DNA from: Paecilomyces variotii
Taxonomy: Eukaryota
Assembly: GCA_004022145.1 (NCBI GenBank)
Contig: RCNU01000011.1
Length of the DNA stretch: 64,000 nucleotides
Reading direction: 5' to 3' (one strand)
Shown here: positions 12,854 through 25,243 of the stretch, one piece after another
Numbering within the stretch: position 1 is the stretch's first letter
Layout: each line of letters starts with the position of its first letter
Notes under the pieces: model-generated
The model's database searches: none
What the model was told of the DNA's origin: nothing
What the model saw: the letters and a program-made list of their open reading frames with translations, nothing else
Made by a program: the position numbers and the translations under genes

Positions 12854-14739
12854 ATGGATGACCTCTCTAGAACTGCGACAGTTCGTTCGACACGGGAGGA
12901 TACCGTCACTCGAGTCTACAGCGGCCAGCACCTCGATGACCAGACCGTATACCATGAAGACGAATACCATGCAGAGGACAGCTTCGACGACGACGAAAAG
13001 AGGCCCCTTCCGCAAGGCAGAAAAGGCAGCGAAGGCTCAGAGTCTCTCAGCAGCGATGAGGAGTCTCACGATGGCCCCGTTCTAGAAAATGATGCAGGCA
13101 TCATGACCGAACGCGATACTGATCTGGAAGCCGGCCCTCGAGAAAATTTGGAAAAGACAGGCACGCGCAAGTCGCAGAGATCCCAACGAGATCCCAAGCT
13201 GGTAAGCCAGGCAATTGCTTATTGCCGCCCCTCTGGAAATGCTTCGTCTTAGTTGACAGATTCTCGATCTAGGTTACCTGGGAAGGCCCCGATGATCCAG
13301 AGAACCCCAAGAACTGGCCCATGAAGAGGAAATGGGCAGCCACATTCGTTGTCTCATGCTTCACTTTCATCTCCCCCGTCTCGTCCTCTATGGTAGCTCC
13401 CGCCCTGACCACCATTGCCGCCGAGTTCCACGTCAAAAATGAAGTCGAATCGCAGCTGATGCTGTCTGTTTTCATCTTGGCCTATGCTGTCGGTCCCCTC
13501 TTCTTGGGGCCCATGTCGGAAATGTTTGGTCGCGTCAAAGTTCTGCAGCTGGCAAATCTGTTCTATTTGGCCTTCAATATCGGCTGCGGAGTGTGCACGT
13601 CCAAGAACCAGCTCATTGCTTTCCGTTTCTTGTCCGGCCTGGGAGGCAGTGTCCCACTGGCGGTATGTACATATATCCTTTCGAGGGGACTCAGTTGGAA
13701 AATGGGAAAACTAATGGAAGCATCATAGGTCGGTGGTGGTGTCTTGAGTGACTGCTTCAAACCGGAAGAAAGAGGGAAATCGGTCGCCATCTACAGTCTT
13801 GCGCCTCTTCTAGGTCCCGCAGTAGGACCCATTGCAGGTGGTTTCATTACGGAGAATACAACCTGGAGATGGGTCTTCTATGCTACGTCTATTGCCGATG
13901 CTGTGATTCAGGTCGTGGGTTATTTCTTGCTGCAAGAGACCTATGCTCCACAGATTCTGAAAATGAAGGCGAACAAGATCCGCAAGGATACCGGAGACCC
14001 GACCTGGCATACCGAATTCGAAACCCCGGACAAGACGGTCTTCAACGTCCTCCGTGTATCAATGGTGCGACCTTTCCGTCTATTGGGCACACAACCCATC
14101 GTTCAGGCCCTGGCTGTCTACATGGCTTACATGTATGGCTTGATGTACTTGATGCTGTCTACCTTCCCCACCCTGTGGACAAGCCCGGAGTATTACAATG
14201 AATCCATTGGTATCGGAGGTCTGAATTACATCTCCCTGGGTGTTGGGTTTTTCCTTGCCTCGCAGATCTGCGCCCCCTTGAACGACCGTATCTACCGCCT
14301 CTTGAAGGCTCGAAATAACGGCGTCGCGAAACCAGAGTTTCGCACACCACTGATTGTTCTCGCGGCGACTCTCATGCCCATCGGTCTCTTCATCTACGGC
14401 TGGACAGCCCAATACCACACGCATTGGATCGCACCGAATATTGGCGCTGCCATGTTCTCCGCGGGCGTAATCGTCGGGTTCCAGTGTATCCAGACGTATA
14501 TTGTAGACTCATACACCCGTTTCGCAGCCAGTGCTTTGGCAGCAGTAACGGTTCTCCGATCTCTAGCAGGCTTCGGGTTTCCTCTATTCGCGCCGTATCT
14601 GTACCAGGCGTTGCATTACGGATGGGGAAACAGTCTCCTGGCATTCGTCGCCATTGGCATTGGCGGACCCGCTCCATTCCTGCTATGGAAATATGGAGAG
14701 AAAATGCGCAAACTGAGTCCGTATGCAGCGGGCGCCTAA
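12854..14739 (+). CDS. MFS multidrug transporter, DHA1 family
   Basis: VTWEGPDDPENPKNWP, GPMSEMFGRVKV, LLGPAVGPIAGG, QETYAP, PEFR and VDSY...ASALAA motifs; about 12 hydrophobic segments; two introns. Confidence 0.93.
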
Positions 14740-15187
14740 AAGTGATGTTCTGTTTCTTATGCTCGATGTTCACGGTGTCATGGTACGGTACACGCATAGA
14801 CTGCATCGCGATGGCGTTGAGTGTGGTTCATGTACGAATTTCATATAGACAAATAGTACATAATATTATTTCTCCCTATCCCACCATATCATTCCTGTCA
14901 GATACATTCACACCATTTTCCCCGTAACCGGGTTAAATATATATAGTTATATTCTTACCTCTAAACATGCACCCATCCACCAATTCCAACAAAAGTCCAA
15001 ATAGAGCCCTTCTCACCAAAGACACAACGAAAAACAATAGTTAACCGGTCTAAATCCCCAATACCATAACCCTTTCCCCAACAACCATTATATCACCCAA
15101 TCGACGACCGGAAAATATAATTTGCGGCTAGATCCACTACTCCCGCAGCTATTATATCGCCACCAGTTAGCCTTCTACAACAACCAA

Positions 15188-15258
15188 GCATCATTGGTCT
15201 AGTGGTAGAATTCGTCGTTGCCATCGACGAGGCCCGTGTTCGATTCACGGATGATGCA
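15188..15258 (+). tRNA. tRNA-Gly (anticodon GCC), intronless
   Basis: GCATCAT/ATGATGC acceptor stem, TGGTCTAGTGG A box, CGTCG-TTGCCAT-CGACG anticodon arm, CCGTG-TTCGATT-CACGG T arm; T-runs downstream. Confidence 0.97.
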
Positions 15259-15818
15259 AAGCAACTTCAACTTCAAACCTGCCTTGGTGGGGATCTTCTT
15301 TTTGTTGTTCCTAAGTCTGATTGGTTTTTTTTGTATTGGAATTGTGGAGGGGTTAAATGTTATTGTTTTTTTGTAAATGGAACACTTAATCCGTATGACT
15401 CTCCAAGCCCTGCAGATTAACATCCAGTACTGTACCTAGCAGTTAGAATACGCGAACAGAACTATGTGCGGGAGAAACAGCATAATAACGACGCTGAGAG
15501 ATTTTGGAACCACGCCGAGCTGGCACCCCCATAACGACTATCTACCTGCTACTTCTAGTATGTTATAAAGATGGTACAAAATCGCATAGCGTTCTCGATA
15601 TTTCAAAAGGCAATCCCACAAAACTATATTTAAATGTGATAGCGCGAATACGAAGGTAAAGTAAGAAGCTGGGCACCAAGGCAACGACTAGCTATGTGCT
15701 AATAAGTACAATGATGTATGGTAAACGACCCTTCTCAGAGACATAAGACTAACTTGGACTATGACAATTGTATGTCCCCGTTTCCCATCAAGGGTTATCC
15801 ACATACGTAGGCAGTTTC

Positions 15819-15983
15819 TGTAACATATATTCTCAGGGGTTAGAACGGGAGATGTAAAGAAACTTGCATTCTCTAACTACCTAGGAAGAGAGGCTTGAAG
15901 CTCTATCTAAGAGTAACCTCGTCTACCACTGAAGCTAACTATATAATTAGGAAATCACTCAGTTCTTCTGATGTTCCATATCA
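15819..15983 (-). repeat. Putative 3' LTR (~165 bp)
   Basis: On the minus strand GGGGATGAGAACA (PPT-like) is followed by TGATATGG...TTATATAG...GAATATATGTTACA. The partner end at 17817 (GAATATGGTGTTACA) is only weakly similar. Confidence 0.5.
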
Positions 15984-17823
15984 TGTTCTCATCCCCGTTG
16001 ATGCTCAATTATTCCAACCTAATCAACGCTCCGAACTTGTCAAATTTGGTGCCTTCGAGGGCTTTGCTCGACCCCTCTGCGGAATTCACCTTGCCATCGA
16101 TCCTCCGCACTTCAACATATATTCCCCTTTGACGGGAGCATCGCCGCTTTACTCCCTCGCGTGACAGACGGTTACGGTGATCTGGGTGCGTGCGCCATTG
16201 ATAGAAAATGGAGATAGCGTCAAACACAGAGATGCAGGCTTTCCCATTGATCAACGCAAGTATATCATCTTGCAACGGAATGGGATACGCGTCCGGTTCA
16301 ACTATACGGTTGAGCCCGCGAATGTCGACAACCACTCGACCTTTCGAGAGGACTGAGACACAGAATCATAGATTGAAAGCAATAGTATTCGAAACGCCAG
16401 GTAAAGGGGGGAAGTTTTCCGCATGGGGCTTGAAGTACAGAATCACTTTCACATTGTCCATTTAGAGGTATCCAAGGTCTTTGCAGTTTCTTTATACGGC
16501 CGAAAACCCTGGCGGTCCCTTCGCTAAGCCCCATTCGAGCCACTATCTAGTTAGATATCACGCCGGACGTCTTTATTTTTAAAGAGGCGACTCACCTGGA
16601 AACCCATCACATAGCTGTTGTTATCAAAGCATTAGTCAGCGAATGTGAAGAGGACCTGACGAAGGAATAGCATACATTATTTTTTGGCTGCTTATCCCAA
16701 GGTAGATTCGAGCTCACAGCCTCGAAGTTGCAGGCATGGAATGGCATTGGTACTGCTTTGGTAGGCATTGCATCGGATGTAATCCCTATATCAACGCAAA
16801 ACACTTAGCCATAATAGTTGCCAGAGGAAAAGTTTGGTCCATGTAGACAAACAAATAGATAGACAGACAGGGAGAGATAGATAGAGCAATAGAGATTAGT
16901 AAGGGCTATACATACTCCCATGCAGCCTTGAATGACCGGCGGATCTTATCACGCTCGGCTATTTGCAAGATGGTTTTGCGACCGGTTTCATCGCTGACTT
17001 GGAGGGCGTATGCGGCTTGATGACAGGCGTCCCTAAGATTATTGAAATTCTCGGTCTGGTAGTACTGACCAATGACGAGGTTCCTAAGGGAAGAGGTAAT
17101 CTTGTCGTACATTTCATCTTTGTAGTCTCCTGGGTTAACACCTGCTTCACCTGCCAGTCTCATGAATTCCGCGAGGAAATCGTTGTATTTCTGGTACGTC
17201 TTCATACGCAAGTTCGCGAATTGGCGTCTCGCATTCTGTCTGCGGTTCGGATCGTGGAAGACAGCCTGGAGATGCTCAAAGATCTCATCGGGGCCTCTGC
17301 GGCCGAATTTCCTCTGGGAACCTCGCCCACGCCCACGCCCACGGCGCATCGGGCTGCCTCCTGGCGGCGTATCATTTCCTCATTCACCAGGTTAATGCAT
17401 GCAAATTTGTTGCAGCTCACATTGCGTTATATGGACTTCGTCAAAGACAACGGTGTCAAAAATTCCGGCCAGGTTTCCCGGCCAGTTCGGGTCGGGACTA
17501 GACAGCTGCCTGGCTCGAGGAAACCTTGCCGGACTTTATCAACCATGTCTTCATGGCCGGAGGGCCATTCCTTCACCCTTGCATTCTCCCATCGTGCCGT
17601 TGGCACAGTCGTAGTCGTATCGTTCGTTGTGTTCTAAGTCTCGATATTCAACAAACTGGGATCGGTCGTTGCACATGTTGCTGGACGATCCGCTGTCGGC
17701 GATCCATGTGGGAGGAACGAGGGAAGTTGCTTGTGCAGCGAATGCGTATCTACTGAATTACGTCAGGCCTCTTGACGTGGTCAGGGCGAGGCTCTGGCTC
17801 TTGGGTAGGTCAGCTTTGTAACA
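15819..17823 (-). mobile_element. Heavily deleted Ty3/gypsy LTR retrotransposon relic
   Basis: Gag-like frame 16906-17349 (HLQAVFHDPNRRQNARRQFANLRM...FLAEFMRLAGEAG) and RT N-terminal fragment VVDIRGLNRIVEPDAYPIPLQDDIL...ISVFDAISIFYQW (~16170-16335). A purine-rich tract precedes a TG...TGTTACA segment at 15819-15983, and a second TGTTACA lies at 17817-17823. Confidence 0.8.
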
Positions 17824-18011
17824 CCATATTCCTTCGCTGGGTCTAAAGGAAGGCAAGCTTCTCCTCTATTAGGTAAAAGCATTTGCTAGTATTATGACCT
17901 TCGCACGGCTGGGTGCACCGTCAAAAATCTCATTCTTGCGGTCTAATAATGGCACTTTGACAATACTATACCTGGAAGATTCACGCGCATCGCCGTAATA
18001 GCTCCGTACAT

Positions 18012-19150
18012 CTAGCTTGCTAGTGACTTTGTGGATCTCTTTAGATCAGGACGTAGGAATAGGAATCGCTTGCTGATGAATAGTGGTGCACCTTCTGAGT
18101 CCCTCATAACGGCGGGCGTGTGGGGGTTAGCGTATGAAGGTTCATTTGGGATAGGGTTCCCCAGGGGTAGTTCAGGAGGTATATTCTCGCCTGTCTGGGT
18201 GCCGGTTGATATCATGACTGCGGGCTGGTTGACTCGAGAAAGTCCAAGCCCATAAGGTCGAAAGAGCTGACTGAGTCCCGAGAGGGGATTCTCCAGGGGT
18301 GGATCGGATGGCTTGTCTTCGCTAGTCTGCGTGGCAGTAGATACCATAGCAGTAGATTGGCTAGTTGTAGGCTGGTCCGTACGCTCTGCCAGATCATTGG
18401 GGGGAACGATAATTAGTCGAAGCAACTTCCAAACACTATCCTCCAAAGGCAAAAGCTCGGCCTATAAAGAATTAGTAAGATGATGATAACAACAAGAGGA
18501 ATAAATAAATCAATAAATTATTAATTAAAAAAAGAACTTGCCTCTGATATTAGTTGTATCGGAAAGCCCATTATACATATACAATGAAGAAACGTAGCGC
18601 CAAGAGGATGAGTGGCCAGTATAAAAGCCAATAATGTAGCTATTTTGCTGTTATAACTGCAACGGTACCGACTCTTGTGAATTTCTTTGCCCCATTCTAA
18701 ACTGGTAATATGTTGGCTCGCAGTATTTGCTGAAATATCACTAAGAAAGAGATAAGCGGTCTTCTTTAGCATTCGACAAATCGGAAAATAGAGCTCATGG
18801 CCACAGCTTGCAAGTAGGAGATCAAGGACGTGTTCACGGCAGATCCAGACCGGCGAGTCAGCTTGGATATTCCTAGATATCTTGTAAAGCAGACATGCTG
18901 CTGCTGTGCCAATGGCACCTTGAACAAAGTATCCTGGTGCCATTGGGTGAAGATCGTCGCCGAAATTGTGGAGGCTGCAGACGCTCGTTGAATCCCACGG
19001 ACACTTGTCTCATGAGAAATGGGGTTTTGGTAAGCAAAATATGAACACACGTATAGATATATATATCTCTCTCGGAAATGACAAGGGTAAAGTTGATAAA
19101 GGAAAAAGGCGTTCGATCAGGCATGGCGATGGATAAAGTATATAGTAATA
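18012..19150 (-). pseudogene. Fragmented gene of unknown family
   Basis: Co-oriented overlapping ORFs in different frames (18766-19050, 18521-18943, 18012-18452); internal peptide repeat STAMVSTATQT / PAVMISTGTQT; AT-rich intron-like spacer near 18465-18540. Confidence 0.4.
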
Positions 19151-19921
19151 TTGCGAATTTGGGAGGCATCGTGGTCAGAGATGGCAAGCGACTGATGAAT
19201 AGAGAAAGGGGAAGCTTCAAGACATGTCAAAAGGAAGAAGGAAAGCAGAAACACCAAATGGGCTCTCGACTAGACAGGAGAGCAAAGAGGAGAAGGCTCA
19301 AATTCGAGGACTTAGGGTGAGGCTGATGTCACCTGCCTAGCTTGAGAAAGACAAGGCGATGGCTATGTAAAAGTGGATGTTTTGACAAAGCACCTTTTGT
19401 AGGATGTTGCAACAGGAGTCCAAATAAGTGGTATACCTATTTAGTATATTTTGCAGCCACCCAAAGACAGGAGTAGGTATTGCGCTAAACCCTACCTCAT
19501 AGCTAGCTCCGGCGAAAGTGTTTCTCGTTGACGCCCGTTCGCACGTCATTCTGTTGCGTCCGGCTCATTCTCAATCATGGATTGGCAGCTCTAGTCCAAA
19601 AATTGCCGCTGAGAGTTTCTCTATACTGTGCTTCCCTCCGCGCTTTCTCGCGTAGGGCTAGGCCGTAAACATTTTTATTATTCACATCAAGTCCGCTATA
19701 CATATGTTGCCTTAGCATAGCTTGCTGGCGCAAGGAGGTAGAGAATCACTTACCGCAAAACAATAGGGTATGTCTCTGCACAATTGCCGATAGGTTAAGT
19801 GTTTCGGGCCTCCTGTTGAAGGACCATCCAGAGTCCCGGACAGTGTGATAGGATCACCCCCACAAGCCACGATGAAGTAACTCGCCTGCCGTCACAACCT
19901 CTGGTATTTTTCGTGTTCTAT

Positions 19922-21700
19922 TTAGATAACAAGCATCTTCCGATATTCGTTATCAATAGCTGAGCTTTGTCGCGCGAGGTTTCTGTAGCGCTGGGGGATT
20001 CTGCTCAATTCATCGGGCGAATATCTCTCAATCCAATTATTCGATGGACTCAGGCTTGTACTTAGATCTTCGGGCGATCTGCTTGACAGAGGACTGCTCA
20101 TCAAAGTTGAGAATCAGCGCGACTCTGGTGTTTGTCTCTCGATATCGGATTCTGCCCAGGATATAAGATTGTATGATATTCCCAAAGATTGCTGGGCGCA
20201 ATGGAATTCAGCGAGAACATGTCGCGGAAAGGCAGAAATTAGTCATCTGAGAATACGTAGGACGCAAGGTTTTTATATAGACTAGAAGCATCCTCGTACC
20301 ACCAGTCAAAAACCTACGGCAGGTCGACAAGCCTCAACCCGCTAGCTGGGAGGATGTAGATATCCACCCATGCAGCGAACAGCGGTTTATTCTGGACAAC
20401 GGGCCACCCTTTGTCGGTGTTTCTTGTAACCCAAATCTATCTTAAGTTAGAAAATCAAATTACCGATCAAAATTAGATCCCCGAACATACCTGATCGAGC
20501 TTGGAGTTGATAATCATCTCGCCCAACGTATAGTTATAGTGAGACCGACCGTATGCTGTACGCCGATAACCAGACAGTCTTATGAGCCAAGCGTCGCTCC
20601 GAAGAGGAGCAATTGCCCGTGCTGCGTAATTGAGACTCATTCCTATGACTGGATGCGCCCAGTTCTTGAACTCCTCATGATTCTTCAGGAGATCTTGCGC
20701 TTCGCTACATGTTTTCGCTCCCATTCTTCACGAATATAGTGGTTGGGCTCGCCGAGAAAGGATTCAATATCAGTGGTGTCACGATTTCGCTCGCAACCAT
20801 AGAGATGAGTTATGAGGGCTTTTCGTACGACATTTGGCAATGGAAGAAGCCGCTCCATTTTGACGAGGTCCCCGCGTGTGCGGTACTCAAGCCGAAGCCA
20901 TTTTCGGAATGACTTCATCCCAGAATGTGTGAGTGTTGTTTTGGAGATGAACTCGTCAGGCTTGAGGACGTGGACCTAGCTGTGAATGGCGTGCTCATCC
21001 GGTTAGCGATCCGATCCGAAAAGCCTCGTCCGATGCAGACTTGCAATGAGATATATCTAACTCAAGTTAGATTAGTGATATGCATACCTTATTTTGAATA
21101 GTATCGTCATTCTGTGGATTGCTGGCGAGCCCTTTCCCCCATCCCAGCTTGAGAGTGCTTACCATACTCGTTTTTATGGAACGGTATGTCCACAATGCTC
21201 CTAAAAGATCCGCCTCTTTCTTAAGCTCCTTCCTGTAGTGTTTCAGGATTCGCATTTCCTAGATGTCATTGTTCTGTTGGAATTGAGCTCGCATTGTCAC
21301 GTTTCCGAAATCGGTGAAGGTTTGCATATGGTCGCTCTATATTGCATTAGTTTTAACTTGTCGGTCATGGAATTCGGCCGACGAAGACATGAACCCAGCA
21401 GTTTGCGTGGCCGGTCCAAGAACTTGCGGATGGCGTGGGGCGTATCTGGCAGGTTATGGCTGATCTCGGGCGAGATGCGGGGGGTCGAATCATCGGTGGA
21501 CGGCGATGGACTGGCAGATGAAGATGGTTCACTCGCCGCATCGTTGATAATGATAGGGTTCTTCATGGCACTTCCGAGTAGGATCGCCAAGCTCTGGACG
21601 TGGTCAGTTACGCTACTAGTTAAGATAAGGAAGTATATACCGGAGTCACTAGAGACGGAAGACGGGATAACGCTGCGACACGGGGTGGTTATGTTCGCTT
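19922..21700 (-). pseudogene. Large degenerate gene of unknown family
   Basis: Chain of protein-like minus-strand ORFs (21297-21590, 21067-21255, 20685-20918, 20473-20724, 19922-20104) joined by frameshifts, stops and intron-like gaps (e.g. GTATGC near 21087, GTATGT near 20490). Confidence 0.5.
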
Positions 21701-22649
21701 GAAGGTATCAGCTGCGTTACAACTTCGGTGGAAGGGAACTTACCAGGAAAGCAGACGACCGACATCGTCGCTTAGAATGGCAGCACAGAGACAGGAGTAG
21801 GGCAAGCGTGGCCACAGTGCTCACAGGCGATGTCCAGGAGGGCGGGAGAGAGAAAGCAGGAGAAAGTTAGGCAGGAGTCGAAGATGGGTTCAAATAGCCC
21901 CGCCCTCAAGGAAACAATTCCCTTAGATCACTCGGAGTTGACTGTCTGACCCCTAGGATTAAGACCAGATCGATATTAAGATGTGAATCGGTTACTAAAG
22001 CCGAATAGATCCTACCGTGAGGTTACCGCCAGAAAGGATCTCAACGGAAAGATAAGATTGATCTAATGTTATAGTCATGGCTGACAACTCACAATATAGA
22101 GTCGAATGGCATAACTATCCGGCGAGACTACGCCTTCGACAACAAGCGTCTCTCAAGATGAGATGCCGGGAATGATCGTGAGTTCCAGGCATCATCACCC
22201 CTGGACGCGTACTTGAGAGCAGCCGCCTCCTGGTCTTCTAAAGCGGACAGTAAGGCCAGGAGAATGGCGATTGCGCTGCTGCATGACGAAGAAATAGGAA
22301 GTGTCTGATAGCACCCTCACGATTGTCACCGTCCGCATTGCTACCGTGGGCATCAAGAGCCAGTAACTCTCCAAGCCGAGCCTATACAGTCAATTGCGTG
22401 TTAGTTATGAAAAACCATAACAATGAAGGAGAACTTGCCTGGCTGAGCACTTTCGATTTGCCGCCGGGCTGCGACTGTGTACTGTTATGATGGTCGCGGA
22501 GAATTTGATGTAAGGCCATAAACGACCATCTTGCCCCGAAGAGCGCGGCCTCCGTATGGAGATCATGTTTGAACTCCGAGAGAAAGTCATCCGGATCTAG
22601 AATCCAAATTCAGTATTAGTACCAGAAACTAGAACCCTCATAAACGGTC

Positions 22650-23510
22650 TGTTAATGAATAAAACTTACAACAACGGCAGCGTATATATGAAGTTGTCCT
22701 TGAAACGCGTCCGCCAAGCGAAGCACCAAGAAAGAATTTATCCGCCATATGCAGCAGTACATAGTCGGTTTATGTATAGTGTCGAGAAGCTGGTTACACC
22801 ATTTTGCATACATTGCTGTTAGTGGGAGGTAGAAGTTATGCTCCGTTGCTCCTTGCGGAGCAATGCCCAGTGTCACAATAAACAGGCCGAGCAAATCCGT
22901 CCGGCTCCAGTAGGGGATATGGTCATGTTTGTGTTTTCTAAGATTGAACTTAGGAATTCCCCGACGATGCTGGCTATCACATTGTTCACATTTCTCCACT
23001 TCAAGGGACGATACTGATTGTTGGAGTCAAAACCGCTGCTGAACATGGACACGAGATCTCGAGTAGACCCGTCTTTATAATTGCTGTACTCCGGCCTGCG
23101 CTCATTGTGCGAGAGATTGAAGTGTGCTTGATTTCCAAGGGAGGACAGAAAGGAGAAGAGAAAGGTCCGCAGATTATAGTGAGACGGATTTGCACTCAAC
23201 TCCCAAACGTAGCAGTGCAGGTTTATGACTCAAGTTTAGCCGCAAGTTCCAAAGCCAGACCTTCAAGCACGTGTGTCAAAATCGTAAGTTTATCAATCAT
23301 GATCCGTATCTGCCGAATCAGGTTGACCGCAGCTGGCGCAGGGGGGTCAGGGTCAGGAGGGGGTGGCGTGTCATCGCCAATTATAGCAATAAGTAATAAG
23401 TGCACTATATGATATGTTAGTTTTCTTGTCCCAATCAGATAAGCAGCAGAGAAGCGGAACGGACTAATTTGATATTTCATATGTACCTGAGTTCTCCGAG
23501 CTCCCGGCAT
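22650..23510 (-). pseudogene. Frameshifted gene of a fungal hypothetical-protein family
   Basis: Successive frames read ...LAAKLES*, SANPSHYNLRTF..., IPYWSRTDLLGLFIVTLGIAPQGATEHNFYLPLTAMYAKWC...PTMYCCIW, then after another shift FFLGASLGGR. The family is recalled from memory only. Confidence 0.55.
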
Positions 23511-24307
23511 ATATCTTCCAATTTAGCCCCGGCGAGTATGCTTATAAAAAGAAACCAAAAAATGGCAACGCAGAAAAAGGGTCATGGAAGAAGAGCTACC
23601 AGTGTCCCCATGCTATATATACTGAGAGCAAGAGCGAATACTAAATAGTATATTCCCGCAAATGACAGAAGTAGAAGTTGAGAAGGAGAGATGGAGAAGG
23701 AGAAGGGAGAATATAATCCACTGATATTATAGACCGTGAAGATATATATATAGTAAGATAGCGAGGAAAGGTAAGAAAGAGAAAGAACCCAGAAGGGGGG
23801 TAATGGGGGCTTTTATTCCCTTGATTCAGCCCCTCACTTGGGCATTGCGCCGTTGATGAATGTCTCCATCTTCTGGGGTGAATCGGTCCATGATGAATCT
23901 GTGAAAGAGACTTGCTCCGGAAAAGACCATCTAGAATCTCGGATATCGACATTTTCGCTCCACTACGCATCTAGGGCCAATGGTTGTGCAAACATGCATT
24001 AGATCTATGTACACTGTACATGGTTTGGAATTGTGGAGATGCTGTGGTTTCTTTCATGCAACGAAGGCGTTTGTATATACAGATCTGTCAAGGCATCGTT
24101 TTCGGAGTATACACGAAAAGCAGGAATCCACCGACGGATAGATGGGAAAACAGGGAATTGCGTAATTCATCTGCAATGGTCTAATCTGACGTCCTCAACC
24201 AAACGGGAATATGTATTCATCAACCAACACACTGTGCCGCTGTACAGTGAGGTATTATTTGTTCATCAAGGAATCGTATATATGTTGTATTATTTTGCGA
24301 AAGGCCC

Positions 24308-25243
24308 TCAAACACGGATTGCAACCAACTTGCCGACATTGGTGGTCACATATAGGGTAGTTGCATCGAGAGGGGTACGGCCCCATGCTGCTGCCGTGCT
24401 ACCCTGGATTGCATCCGCTGCAGAGTAGAGGCATTGGGCACCAGAAGGGGTGACCTTGGTTATCTTGTTCGAACCGGCAACGTATGCGTTTCCTTCTATG
24501 TCGAATATGAAATCGTCCGAGGCAACAGTCAAATTGGCCACTACGTGGACCGGTGCAGAGTATCCCTCAGCAGCGCGTTTGGAAACTTTGAGAAGAACCT
24601 TCTCACTCGTATTATCGAAGTAGATATCGCCACCAAACACATGCACGCCATTAATCCCCAGATTCAAGGTCGAGTTGGGGCCAGAGATCGGAACCGGGTC
24701 ATGTATGACTTTTTTATAGGACCCAGTCCGTGTATTTAGGGACCAGAGTACATTCAGTAGAGAGTCCGCGATGAGGACCGTTCCGCGCACTCGATCCAAT
24801 GCTCCGATTCCATTGAGAAGTTTCGCTTCCGGGATAGGCGTGATGAGGGAGACATGCGGGTGATCGCCGTGCATTTCGACTCGCCAGACCTCGTTGGAGC
24901 CAAAGGTCAAGGGGGACAGGGACAAGTCGCTAACTACGACAGCGAATACATCTGGCTCCAGCTCCGCAATCCCTGTCAAGGCAGTTTCGTTTGACCATTG
25001 ATGGACGATAACCGGGTCGGATATATGGAAAGGGTCGACTTGCCAGAGCTTTGCACCGTTCTCGAGAGTCGTCACCAGAATCTTGCCGTTGGATCTTACG
25101 GCAATATTCTCGGCCCAGGTATGGTTAGGAAACGTATGCACCGTTGTCGCGTTTGTAGGAAAACAAAGGGATTTGGTACTGGCGCTGCTGACGAGCGTTC
25201 CGAGACAGAGGATGCCTGCATAGAGGTAAGTCTTTAATGTCAT
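24308..25243 (-). CDS. Secreted six-bladed beta-propeller protein (SMP-30/gluconolactonase/LRE-like), intronless
   Basis: Signal-peptide-like N-terminus, WAENIAVRSNGKILVT, LLNGI, VLIADS, GINGVH, DDFIFD and STAAAWGRT...LYVTT blade motifs; TATA-like TATATAA ~110 bp upstream. Confidence 0.85.
   Translation of the reverse strand: MTLKTYLYAGILCLGTLVSSASTKSLCFPTNATTVHTFPNHTWAENIAVRSNGKILVTTLENGAKLWQVDPFHISDPVIVHQWSNETALTGIAELEPDVFAVVVSDLSLSPLTFGSNEVWRVEMHGDHPHVSLITPIPEAKLLNGIGALDRVRGTVLIADSLLNVLWSLNTRTGSYKKVIHDPVPISGPNSTLNLGINGVHVFGGDIYFDNTSEKVLLKVSKRAAEGYSAPVHVVANLTVASDDFIFDIEGNAYVAGSNKITKVTPSGAQCLYSAADAIQGSTAAAWGRTPLDATTLYVTTNVGKLVAIRV

Noticed and set aside
15199-15423. ORFs overlapping the tRNA-Gly gene
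   Set aside because: Spurious translations of an RNA gene and its flank; the same applies to 63756-63962 over the 5S gene.
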